This document shows, one piece after another, positions 49,101-60,674 of a DNA stretch of 64,000 nucleotides. The notes beneath the pieces are model-generated. The model was given only the letters and a program-made list of their open reading frames with translations. It made no database searches and was not told the origin of the DNA. Numbering within the stretch: the first letter of the stretch is position 1; each line of letters opens with the position of its first letter. A program made the position numbers and the translations under genes. This DNA is from Azolla caroliniana (taxonomy: Eukaryota > Plantae > Polypodiophyta), in assembly GCA_043228905.1 (NCBI GenBank), contig JBHGNT010000018.1, forward strand, positions 3,100,001 to 3,164,000, written 5' to 3'.

Positions 49101-50227
49101 ATTATGAAAACAAATGTGTTTGGCATTTCATTCTACTTATATATCACATGACATAGAGTATTATAATGCTAAGAGAGGTTGACTCCATTAGAGGCCTCTT
49201 AAGGTAAGAAAGGCCTTCTTCTACAAACTTTAAGATGTTTTCTTTTATAAGCTATTTGTGCATGCTTCACAAATGAAGGAACTAAATAAGACTCTAAGAG
49301 TTAGCAATGTATTGGCTTGACTTTGAGCTAATCTTCTGCCTTTGAACAATTTCGAGTATTTCAACAAGATTCTAGCCTAGATAATAGTGAGGCTTATGAT
49401 GGAGAGTTTTTGGAAATGTTTTTTTTTAGAAGCAAGGTTATAGATTTATCACTGTGTCATGGAATCATCATGTCTTTCACGTGATAGTCATATGATAGGT
49501 TTTAATGATCCATGCTTAAAGCTTTAGCCACCCAAATGTAGAAGTATGTGAATAACATGACATTTCTTAAAAGGCCCAACTTTAATCCAAATTTTAGTAA
49601 TATACTCCTTCATTGGATACATTCTAGATTTTAACCCATAAGATCTTATGCTCCCATTGAAAAGACAATCATACTCATGGAATTCGATGGAGAGAACGAA
49701 AGTTGGGAATTGTTTGCTCCAACTACACGGCTTGGAATGTGTTACATGGAGAGTATGGTTTTGGCAATTTCTATGGAATGAAATTGTTTAGTATACTAAT
49801 TGCATGTGAAGTTTGCTTTTCTAAATGGTTATATCAAGGAGGTGATGATCGTGAAGGAACTACCAAGGTTTCAAGATATGGAGAGCTTTTTGTGGGCAAG
49901 TATGAACACATGTTATTGTGAATTGAGGGATGAATTCCCAATAGAAATATGACAAATAGAACTTTGTTTGTTTTCATATTATGACATGGATGATGGCCAA
50001 CACAAGTTCACTAATTCCATGCTTTGATGACATTCTAGATCATGATCAATATGATGTCTTCTGTTTATCTTATGGTACTCTTATGGAGTACCAAGTAGCA
50101 AGTTTACATTACCAAGTGTCATTGAAGATGGATGAGGATCATTCATTAAAGAGTGGGAGATAACCTTATTATTGTTGAGAACTAGTCATATGTTTCACTT
50201 CCCATGACTTTTTTATGGCATTGATAT

Positions 50228-50686
50228 TAGCAATGGGCACGGTTTAGGCTCAAACCGAACCGAACCATTAAGCCATGGTTTAACGGTTTATTGGTTCCAA
50301 AAATATTTAATGGTTTGGATTTTCGATAAACGGTTCAGTTTCGGTTCTAAAACTCGGGTTTATAGGTTTATAGGTTTATAGGTTTATAGGTTTGGTTTAA
50401 AGGTTTATAGGTTTTTGGTTGACTGCTTTTTTACCTTAATAATTTATTGATTTAATAGTTTAATTAATGGTTTTTTATTGATTTAATAAATTTAACTTAA
50501 ATGCTTATTTAATTTAATGCATTTTTGTTTATTTAGATGTTTGGTTTTAAATGGTTTGGTTTCAACTTTTTCTTAAATGGTTTGGTTTAAATATTGAGGG
50601 TTCATAAACGATTTGATTTGGTTTTTGTTTTAAATAACGGTTCGGTTTGGTTTCTTTGCCTTGAAACCAAACCGTGCCCATTGCTA
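50228..50686. mobile_element. MITE / non-autonomous TIR DNA transposon
   Basis: TIRs TAGCAATGGGCACGGTTT and AAACCGTGCCCATTGCTA; flanking duplication TTGATAT (7 bp, or ATTGATATT 9 bp depending on the boundary); AACCG-rich subterminal motifs; internal (GGTTTATA)n. Confidence 0.85.
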
Positions 50687-52175
50687 TTGATATTATCAAA
50701 GGGACAAGTTTAGATGGAAGGAAAGACACCTCCCATATTGGAACAAGTGTCACTTATTAGCGTATTCTTAAGAATCTCTTTTGAAAACTCTATGAAATCT
50801 ACTAAAAAAACTAATGGAAAAGCATGCTTGTGATCTCTATGGAAATTCAATGAAATCAAGGAACCCCAAACGTTACAAAAAAGCTCACATTGAGTAGTCA
50901 TCTCACAATAGTGGGATGAGTAGTCAAAAGAAGATATAAAAGACCAACAATGCAAGAGCTAATTTGGTAGCAAAAAGAGGGGTCAAAGGAATGACAATCC
51001 AATAGTAAGAATTGAGATGATACATTAACATCTATAGGAAACAAGCAAGACCCATGGGACCAACAATCATTACACATAATTTTCCCATGCCATGTAGGTG
51101 GGGGAGTTTTAAGTTATAGAAAAAGAAAATAAATGTGATAGCCTCAAGTGAAAATCTAAGGTTGTTTCTGAATATCATCGTTTGGAGCTTAAAGTTGGTT
51201 CTACTTGAGTGAGAGTGAGGATTAGTAGTGGACCTTGTGGCATGAAATAATGAAAGGAATACACCATCCCTACTTCGTAATCTAATGTAATAAATTAGCT
51301 TGGTAATTTGTATATGGCATAATATTATGTTGAGTTGTTGACCGTGAAATATTTGAATACAAAACAACATATTTATCTTATTCCCACCCCTTTTTATACT
51401 ACGTAAAAAAAGAGAGAGAGGAGAAGGAAAGAGATATTATGTTTAATTCATGCTAACCATCTTCTAAGATTGGGCTACTGACATCACAGGCAATGTACAC
51501 CAATCGCCTCCAGCCAACAACATCTTAATCTTGATCGTTACAGTTGATTGAGATTACATTTCCTTGGTTGTATGGCAAAATACTTTATTTTACAACCATA
51601 TTTAGCAAAGGCCAACAAATGGCAACATCAATAAACAATAGGAAAACAAATGATGCAACAATAACAATAACAATCTACATTACTAAACTTGCATCGATCA
51701 CTAAAGTCAAGCTGCACTAGTATTATTTGCCTCTCGATCCGATTTACACGTTAATTGTTTGCACACATTGTAATAAATAACATCAACAACGAAACGAAAT
51801 ATGTAAACGTTGGCATGATAAGATCAAGATACAAACACCTCATACAAATGTCAATAAGCATTATCAACGTCATTAGGAGCACGCTTATCTTGCTATCAAT
51901 GATCAATTAGTGTAATAAGTAGCATCGATAGCAAGATAATTAGGGAGGAAATCAATTATTCAATAGTTGGATGCATGGCATAATAGTGGAGATGCACTGA
52001 TACACCATCAATCGTCGACTTTTACTTCGCCTGATTTCCCAGAGACACCACAAAGAGTTATGATTGGTAGTCATCACAATCTTCAAACTAGAGGAAAGGG
52101 GTATTGTTCATTATACTATGATAAGAAGAGGACGATATATTTTTGGACGGATTTTCTTTCTGTCTATCTTACAAG

Positions 52176-52652
52176 TAACAATCAGCAGCGGTTCGGTTTT
52201 GTTCGAGAGGGTCAAAACTGAAGCGTAATTTTTTTTAGAAACCTGAACCGAACCATAAAACCGTTGTATTGAACCATTAAAAAAAAATTCAAACCGTTAA
52301 GCTATCAAACCGGTAAAACCGCGGTTTCGTGGTTTGGTTTCGGTTTTCAACTTAGGTCAAATTTAAATTTTAAAAATTTTAAAAATTTTATTATTTAAAT
52401 TTTCAAAATTTTAAAGATTTTCCTAAAATGTGAGAATAAAACATGAAAATGAAAAGATTGTTTAAAAACAATTCTTAAAAAAAAAAAAAACTTTTTTAAA
52501 ATAAAATAAAAAAACTGTTAAACCATTTAAACCGTGGTTTCTAATGGTTGAAACCGAACCGAACCATTAAAAAGCCGAACCAAACAGTTTTTACAGTTAT
52601 GTCGCGGTTTTGCGGTTCGGTTCGGTTCAAACCGAACCGTTGCCGATTGTTA
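52176..52652. mobile_element. hAT-type MITE upstream of a PPR gene
   Basis: TIRs TAACAATCAGCAGCGGTTCGGTTT and AAACCGAACCGTTGCCGATTGTTA; 8-bp TSD CTTACAAG/CTTACAAC. Confidence 0.85.
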
Positions 52653-52897
52653 CTTACAACCTAGGTCTTGCAATCAACCTAAGATGTGTATATTTTTGGA
52701 AAGGCTATTTATATTGTTCATATATGCTTAGCAGAGATATGACCCATAGTTATGGAGGTCTTACAACCTAGGTCTTGCATTCAACATTCAGAGGTAATAC
52801 AACCCAATCAGTTTGAACCTAAAACCATGCTCATATATTACACTTTCCTCACCATTGTCGTTTGATTTCCCTTACCCAAACATTACCCATCTCTGAT

Positions 52898-54931
52898 ATG
52901 TTGCAGGATCATTCAACAAGATGCCATGGTTCAGAAGCTCTGATTCTGATGGATTGTAGTTATAGTCATCATGAGAAGAAGATTTCTCTTCTGGAATCCA
53001 TTAAAGCCTGCGGCGAGCGAAAGGACCTTGGAAAAGGTATCCAAATTCACACCGATATTCTCCGCTGTGAAGACTTAAACCTTTTCAAGAAAGACATATG
53101 TATTCATAATGCCTTGATTAGTATGTATACCAAATGTGGTCACCTTGTAAAAGCCCAAGAAGTCTTTGATCAAAGTCCAACACCTAGCCCTGTGTCTTGG
53201 AATGCCCTTATCTCAGGATATACCCAGAATGGTCTTGACAATTTAGCTCTAAATTGCTTTAGGCTAATGCAAGAAAAGGGCGTTTCCCCGAATTCAGTAA
53301 CTTTTACTTGTATTTTAAAAGCATGTGGATCTCTAAGGTTAGCCAAAGATGGGGAAACCATACATGCCGAGATCAAGAAGCGAGGATTGTTGTTGTTAGA
53401 AAGAAATGTTGTGCTTGGCACTGCATTGGTGGATATGTATTCCAAGTGTGGATTGCATGTGAAAGCACGCGAAATGTTGGATGAGCTCCCAATCCGAAAT
53501 ATTGTCTCTTGGAATGCATTGCTTGTTGGATATATTCGGGATGGCCTTGTGTATGAAGCCATCAAATGCTTTGAAACAATCAGAGAAGAGGGTCTCTCCC
53601 CAGATGGTGTCACCTTTGTTTGCATGCTGAAAGCTTGTGGTATCTCAAAATCGATAGAGGTTGGAGAGGATGTTTATGGTGAAGTCCGAAGAAGACAGGG
53701 GTTGCTGGAAAAAGATGTTGTGCTGGGAAATGCGTTGGTGGATATGTATGTGAAATGTGGTGACCTTTCAAAAGCTCAGGAAGTGTTCAATGAGCTTCCG
53801 AGGAAGAATGTGGTGACATGGACTTCATTGATCAACGGATATGCCCAAAATGGGCTCTGCATGGAAGCATTGAGTTGCTATAGACAGATGTGTCAAAGAG
53901 GCATGTCACCTGACTCAGTCACCATTTCTTGCATCCTGAAAGCTTGTGGGAAGCTGAAATCAATTGAGATTGGCGAAGAGATACATGCTGAGCTTAGCAA
54001 TCAAGGGCTATTAGAAAAGAATCTTGTGCTCTGTACCGCACTTGTGGACATGTACATCACTTGCGATGCCCTTACAAAGGCACAAGAAGCATTTGATCAG
54101 ATTCGAGAACCTGATGCTGTCTTGTGGACACTATTGATCAGTGGATATGCCAATTCAGGCCTCGGTGATAAAGCTCTCAAGCTCTTCCAACAAATGCATG
54201 AGCAGGGTCTCGCCCCAGATGCAGTCACCTTTGCATGCACCTTGAAAGCTTCTAGTAGTATGGGAATGATCTGGAAGGGTGAAACTATACATGTTCAGTG
54301 CAGAAACCAAGGATTGCTAGAAAAACATATTATGCTGGGGAATGTTTTGGTGGACATGTATGCCAAATGTGGTGCCCTTTCAAAAGCCAAAGAAGTTTTT
54401 GATGAGCTTTTGGTGCCAGATATTGTCTCTTGGAATGCATTGCTCACTGGATACAGTCAACATGGTCAATCCAATGATGTCTTTGCTTTATTTAACCTAT
54501 TGATAGCACAAGGTATATTGCCAAATGGGGTTACCTTTCTAGTTTTGTTGAGTGCATGTAGTCACGGAGGACTGGTGGAAGAGGGAGACTTGTATTTTCA
54601 TTGGATGGACACTCTGTGTGGTGTGAAACCAACACCTGAACACTACACTTGTTTGGTTGACCTTTTTGGTCGAGCTGGTCAGTTTCACAAGGCTATGATT
54701 GTGGTTGAGAATGTGTCACCCCTTGATCGCTTCTCATCGTGGCTATCTTTGCTAGGTTCTTGCCAAAAGTGGGAAAAAATGGAGCTCGGAAGATGGGCTT
54801 TTGAGCATCTAGTCCATCTGAATGCAAAATGTGCTGGGTCATATGTTTGCATAAATAATATATATGCAACTTCCAATGTTGACGTAGCTAGTAGTGGATT
54901 GGTTGAAGTAGAGATGGACAACTTTATATGA
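52898..54931 (+). CDS. PLS-class pentatricopeptide repeat protein with E-like tail, no DYW domain
   Basis: Repeating P/L/S triplets (VSWNALISGY / PNSVTFTCILKACG / LGTALVDMYSKCG), ending with VTFLVLLSACSHGGLVEEG, EHYTCLVDLFGRAG and WLSLLGSCQKW. The ORF track starts at TTG 52862; the first ATG is about 52898. Confidence 0.93.
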   Translation: MLQDHSTRCHGSEALILMDCSYSHHEKKISLLESIKACGERKDLGKGIQIHTDILRCEDLNLFKKDICIHNALISMYTKCGHLVKAQEVFDQSPTPSPVSWNALISGYTQNGLDNLALNCFRLMQEKGVSPNSVTFTCILKACGSLRLAKDGETIHAEIKKRGLLLLERNVVLGTALVDMYSKCGLHVKAREMLDELPIRNIVSWNALLVGYIRDGLVYEAIKCFETIREEGLSPDGVTFVCMLKACGISKSIEVGEDVYGEVRRRQGLLEKDVVLGNALVDMYVKCGDLSKAQEVFNELPRKNVVTWTSLINGYAQNGLCMEALSCYRQMCQRGMSPDSVTISCILKACGKLKSIEIGEEIHAELSNQGLLEKNLVLCTALVDMYITCDALTKAQEAFDQIREPDAVLWTLLISGYANSGLGDKALKLFQQMHEQGLAPDAVTFACTLKASSSMGMIWKGETIHVQCRNQGLLEKHIMLGNVLVDMYAKCGALSKAKEVFDELLVPDIVSWNALLTGYSQHGQSNDVFALFNLLIAQGILPNGVTFLVLLSACSHGGLVEEGDLYFHWMDTLCGVKPTPEHYTCLVDLFGRAGQFHKAMIVVENVSPLDRFSSWLSLLGSCQKWEKMELGRWAFEHLVHLNAKCAGSYVCINNIYATSNVDVASSGLVEVEMDNFI

Positions 54932-55846
54932 GTTTTTTTGTGAAGCAGATGAGATATAATACAAAAAGGAGAACGCCCTAAAAGTGTATAAAAGGTTAAC
55001 AGGGGATCCTCATACCTTTGCATGAGGGAGCAAGAGCATAAGGAGCATGTAATATTTCAGTGGATTGATTGAAGTACAAAATGGCTGTTGATTAGGATCC
55101 AGAAGATTATGTGAATTTCTTGGAAACTAGATGAGATGTGGCACAAGTGAGATGGTTACATGCCAAACTTCACCATCAAAAGGAGCATTATTAGCACAAA
55201 TTACAATGTTACACTTGTTATCAAAAACTCATTTTCTAGATGTGGTGAATTAACAAGAGAGATGAATTGATTCATCATATGAAGGAGGCACAAATGGAAG
55301 TTTGATGTCTTCGTGCATCAGCAATGTGGACTTATCGGAGAAGAAAAGGTGATTATGTAAGGACAAATAATGGGAGAAGCAACCTAAGCATCATCAAATA
55401 CCTTGTTTGATGTAACCTCCAAATGTAAACAAAAACTTCGGAGATGAAGACTGATGTTCTCGTCTTCATCTTGATGTAATATTGTAAAGTTTTTCTTAGG
55501 AGCAAACGGAATTTTTGTAACAAACTGAAACCCACAACCTGAATGCAACAAAGCTCAAGTTAACACCACAACAACATACCATCATGCTTGATACATTTGA
55601 TTTTAGAATTTCATCAAGGTTGGTAACCCTACTAGTGAACATACAAGAAAACATTCTCAATGATGTTTGAAATCTTTTTCTTTGATTTTTGAAGGCAATG
55701 CTTTCACATTATGCCTTAGGAATGTCATATCTTCTTAAATAACCAAATAAGTGAATGACTTTACAAATACATGCGACCATGATCGCTTTATTTTACAACA
55801 CACACTGGGTGTATCAACTTTAGGCATTAAAATGCTACAATTATTG

Positions 55847-56785
55847 CTAGCTAGAAGTCCTCGCAACAGTAAGTCCAATGCAAACATTGATAAAATCTGA
55901 ATCCACAAAATCTGAGGAGAAGATTTGCAATCTATCACCCAAACCTTTCTTATGAGCTTGAGAGACAAAGAGCCTTGCATAAGGCTTAATCCTTTCTGTT
56001 ACTGGCTTCACACAAACAATTGCATTGTCCGGTTGGGGAGTGCAAGTATTTTCCACCCTATAGAAGTACTTCCTAGAACCAACTGGTCCATGCTTCTCAA
56101 GATATTCCATGTTCTTTTGGAACTTAGTATAGGGTAAATCAACATCTGTCCAATTGTCTTTTATATAATTAGAACTCCATAGTAGACTTCCAGGAGCCGG
56201 AGCCGGGGCCTTCCGAGGTTTCCATATACATAATACCCTCTTTGGCAAGAGTTCCCTTAGTGTCTTGTCAAAAGCTTGTTCATCTTGTGGTATCAAATTT
56301 TCTCCTAGCTCTTCAACTAGATATGTATCAAAGTTTGTCGGATCTTCATAGCCATACTCCGTCCTGATCTCAAGTATGATGAACTCAACTTTAGTGTCTT
56401 GGAGAAATTTCTTCACATCATTTAACACTCGTTGGACATGATAGCCCTTTAAGATCCCATGGCAAACAAGCCGATTTTGCTCAACACGGATGTCGATGAC
56501 TCGAACCCCACGTTCAAGTTGCTTATAGATAGAGTGACTCTGGCATTGTGCGAATGGGCGAGAAATGAATGGAAGCCCTATAGTGTCTGTAGCTGAGTCA
56601 TGTGAGCCAGGCCACACAACATCCTTGAGTTTCACATTGTCTAGGTTCAAATTGTTCATCCACTCCCTCGCCTGAGTGGTTTCAAAGTCACTCCCAGGGA
56701 AATCCACACCTTCTGACTTCAATAGCTCTGTGAGTTGTTTGATCTCATTGGCGACATCCTTTTGCCTCGAAAAATGATTCCCCAT
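55847..56785 (-). CDS. PI-PLC X-box domain (PLC-like phosphodiesterase) protein, intronless
   Basis: WPGSHDSAT (catalytic His motif), CQSHSIYKQLERGVRVIDIRV, VCHG, EFIILEIRTEYG, LQIFSSDFV. The likely start is MGNHFS at 56785; an in-frame ATG lies upstream at 56797. Confidence 0.9.
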   Translation of the reverse strand: MGNHFSRQKDVANEIKQLTELLKSEGVDFPGSDFETTQAREWMNNLNLDNVKLKDVVWPGSHDSATDTIGLPFISRPFAQCQSHSIYKQLERGVRVIDIRVEQNRLVCHGILKGYHVQRVLNDVKKFLQDTKVEFIILEIRTEYGYEDPTNFDTYLVEELGENLIPQDEQAFDKTLRELLPKRVLCIWKPRKAPAPAPGSLLWSSNYIKDNWTDVDLPYTKFQKNMEYLEKHGPVGSRKYFYRVENTCTPQPDNAIVCVKPVTERIKPYARLFVSQAHKKGLGDRLQIFSSDFVDSDFINVCIGLTVARTSS

Positions 56786-57208
56786 TGCTGTTGTCATAAG
56801 TATGTGTGAATGTTTAGTCCCTTCTTGTCACACACAGAACACACATACAAACACTAAAGAAATAAACACGGGTTATCATAATGCATGCAAAAGAAGTCTT
56901 AGACATGTTGTCCCAAAGACACGACATCATGAGCATACACCAAGGAAGATTATCGACTTTCACAAGCTATGGTTCACGCAACATTGCGGATTAGGACTAT
57001 CTGATATGAGATTTGTGCATATACCTAGGTAGCGAGGCAAGGAACCTTGTCTATGCACAATGTCATGGTAAATGCAAGATCAAATGCGTGTAGGAAAGAC
57101 TCTAGAAATTGTGCGTGACCCAGTGCCAACATCCATTCAACACAATCATCTAGAAACCGCGTGTGTCTATTAAGCTTTTGGTAGCATTGGTTTATGTATA
57201 TGTACATG

Positions 57209-57245
<37 letters not shown>

Positions 57246-57821
57246 AGGTCTAGTGTCTTGGATCATATGCATTCTTTTTACATGGGATGTCTGAACTTTA
57301 ACCACAAAGAGAAACCAATTCTCTCCATCAATATATGTATATATATACATGGGATCTGTGTGAAGATTCAATTGAAGAAAGCATTATTTTACATAGACAG
57401 ACAGACAGACAGAGAGATTGATCTGAGGAAAACAAATGCTCCATGAAATCAACCAGAAACGGATTTTGTTCACATGATCTTAAAAGTTTCCCCAAAAAAC
57501 ACAATTGCTTTTTTTGGGGGGCGTTCTCATTTCACCATGGAGATGGAATGGGAAAAAACAGACAGACAGATTACCATTAACACACAGGAATCAGAGTTTT
57601 AAAAGGAAAGGGAAATGCAATGACACCAACCATTTTCTTTTCCTTCAGTTAATAAAAAATTTGGAACTTATTTGGGTTATAACCGTTCTTTTGTTTGGGG
57701 GGGGGGGGGGGGGGAGGGGTTTCAATTATGAATTGATTGATGGGCAGTTTCTTGTTGATTAATTGGGATCTTGTAAGAGTAAAAGGGCTTACCACTACTC
57801 AGATTTGGGTCATGGAGAAGA

Positions 57822-57920
57822 GTGAATGAATGAATGAATGAATGAATGAAGAAGAAGAAGAAGAAGAAGAAGATAGATAGATAGATAGAAAGAAACAGAG
57901 AAAGACAGATAGACAGACAA
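57822..57920. repeat. Compound microsatellite (GAAT)n(GAA)n(GATA)n(GACA)n
   Basis: Read directly from the sequence; lies upstream of the PLC-like gene. Confidence 0.9.
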
Positions 57921-58056
57921 GTTGCAAAGATAAAGGTGCAAAGGTGGAGGCAGAGCATGTCCATGTGTTTTTGTGGACCTACCACCAACATAGATGGCTT
58001 ATTCAAGGACCAACTCTCTTAACCTTATCCACACCTTCCTTCCATGTAATGCTTCC

Positions 58057-58183
58057 CTAGTGTGTCGCTATACGGGAAATTAGAACAAGACATTAGGCAC
58101 TACTGTGTCGCGATATGGGAAATTAGAACAAGACATTAGGTGCTAGTGTGTCGCGAAACGGGGAATTAGAACAAGAAATAGGC
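58057..58183. repeat. ~43-bp tandem repeat, 3 copies
   Basis: CTAGTGTGTCGC...GGGAAATTAGAACAAGACATTAGG repeated three times. Confidence 0.9.
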
Positions 58184-60674
58184 GAATGTTAACAGATCCT
58201 CATGTTCCACCCAATCCTTGGAGGTTTCACTCTGTAGCCGAAATCCCACCGAATATTATTACCTTCTTTTATATAGCTTGGATGTTAGAATGACTTTGCA
58301 CTCACCACTAGTAAGTGGCGTCTCAAACGACGTCTCAAGATGTCGTATTGAAAGAGGGGTAGCTTGTCCAATTTATATATAGCTCAACACTTAAGGGCCC
58401 CCCCAGACCACAATGTGTTATCCGCCCATATGGGCTTTTGTCTCAAATCCTAGGACAATCGGTTTCTTGACTATCCTACCCGTAACCCATTAAAATTGGT
58501 ATGTAATGTTATGCCTATAACAATTGAAGAATCAACATTTGGGTAAACATGTGAGTGTGCCCTCTCAATGCATGTTTCAAGATGCTAGACATTTCATTGG
58601 CCGTCATCCCTTCTTTGAACCTTAACTCTCACTTATCCTCGTACATATTCAAATGCTCATTTTGGGATATAATGCTAAGAAGTTTCTTAGTTTGGTATGT
58701 AACGATCGCAACTAATAATGAGTCTCTTGACTAATATTTTGTTGATGTTTGACCAGTGACATATTATAATGCATTTTAGAGTATTTGAGTGCTAGACCCA
58801 TTGATCTTTGGCTCATTATAAGTTATAACACAAACATTTTGGTCATTGAAAGAGCTTGCGTGTCAGCTACTTTACAATCAACTTGGTCAAGTTTACATCT
58901 ACCAAGATGTAGATGAATTTGTGGATGTCAAGTGACATTGTCATCCTTCTAAATAAGAATGTTTAATGTACAACCAATGAGATAAAAGATTTGTTCTCCC
59001 TCAATATTTTTTTTTGTATAAAGTGTGAATGTTCCCAAGTGCGTTAGGTGAAATGTTTTTTTTATTTATATTATCTTACACTTCATTGATCATAAGTTAT
59101 AACTTTACTTTTTAGTAAGTGATAACATTTGGTTACATGTCTAAGGAATGCTCAATAACTCCATAGTGAATACCCAATAGAATACATTCTTTCTTTGATA
59201 AAAATACCCCTGAATTTTCGTGAAATTGCTAGAGAACCCCTTGATTCTCATGAAAGTAGTATGTATAACAACATGACAATACAAAAAGCACTTATTATTG
59301 TGACTACAACAATGAGAATGTTACCGCAAAGTAGACCTTCAAGAATGTTGTAAGATTAGTTAAACTCTCTCTCTCTCAAAATTTCTTGATTATGTGAAGA
59401 GAGAGACAAGGTAGGAAACAAAATCTATGATTCATATCAAGGTACTTCCCCCAAGAACCAGAAGTTCAATCCTTGTCCGTTATAGTTATTCACCCATAGT
59501 TGGATGAGTTATATCCAAGACATATAACAAGAGATAATTTCTTATGAACTTGATAGCATTAGACTCCACGACTTAGAAATATGAAAGAGTATTGAGGGAG
59601 GGGTATTTTTGTGTAAATTTCCTAAAATATAGACATGTCTATATACATACATACCTACACGCATATACATATACATATACTCACCTGTCTATTTGCAACC
59701 AAATATTAAGTAGGAGAGGTGTAGGAATCGTTGTATTGGACAGTGCAAGGATGGCTTCGATAATCTTCTAGAATCTCCAACTTTAGATCATTATCTAGAA
59801 AAAGTATGTGCTCATTTCTAACCGTCCCAATGAAATTTAAACCCGGGCTAATGTTTCTAACCTTGGCCAAATAATTTCATAACGGTCGATGGATTTTCTA
59901 ACCCCTGCCAATGAATTGTCTAAGTAGGGCCAATGATTCTAACCCGGCCCTAAGCTGTTAGATGCAGTTAGAAAAAATAGTCAATGACAAAGGAGGCTGG
60001 AACATACCCAGGTTAGAAAAGACAAACGTAGGGACAAAGTCGGGTTATACATGACAAAAGCGGGACAAAGCTAGGTTGCTTTGTTTTACTAGATAATGAT
60101 CTGACAATGCAGATTTCAGAGGATTATCGAAGCTATCCTTGGATTGTCCATGACCACGATTCCCTCACTAGGCCTATTAATATTTGGTTGCAAATAGACA
60201 CCAGCCTTTGTGTGTGTAACATCGGAGTCGGTTCGGTTCGGTTCGGTTCGAACCGAGCCGTTGACGATTACTCTGTGTGTGTGTGTGTTTTGTTATTAAT
60301 TAAAATCCATGGCGACTAGGATGGAACCGAAGGAGATTTAACCCCCGTGGAAGCGCTGCTTTAGAGACCTTTCTGAGTGTTACCACCACCATCACCATAA
60401 TAACCCTAAGGTAAGACAGATTCATTCAATCCTCTTCTCTTTACACCTTCAATCTGCTTCATAACAGCACCTTGTAACAAAATAGACCATTTTTGTCCTA
60501 TTTAGACAACCCCCAAATCCCCACCCTTCATACACAGCATCACTAATGAATGTCTGTGGATTCCTGATGGTGGGTCGTGCTTAAATCCTTGGATCTTTGA
60601 AGAACTGAGGAGAAGGTTTATTCTACTACTACCAATACATAAAGATAAGAATGGGAAGGAGGTTTTAGAAATTA

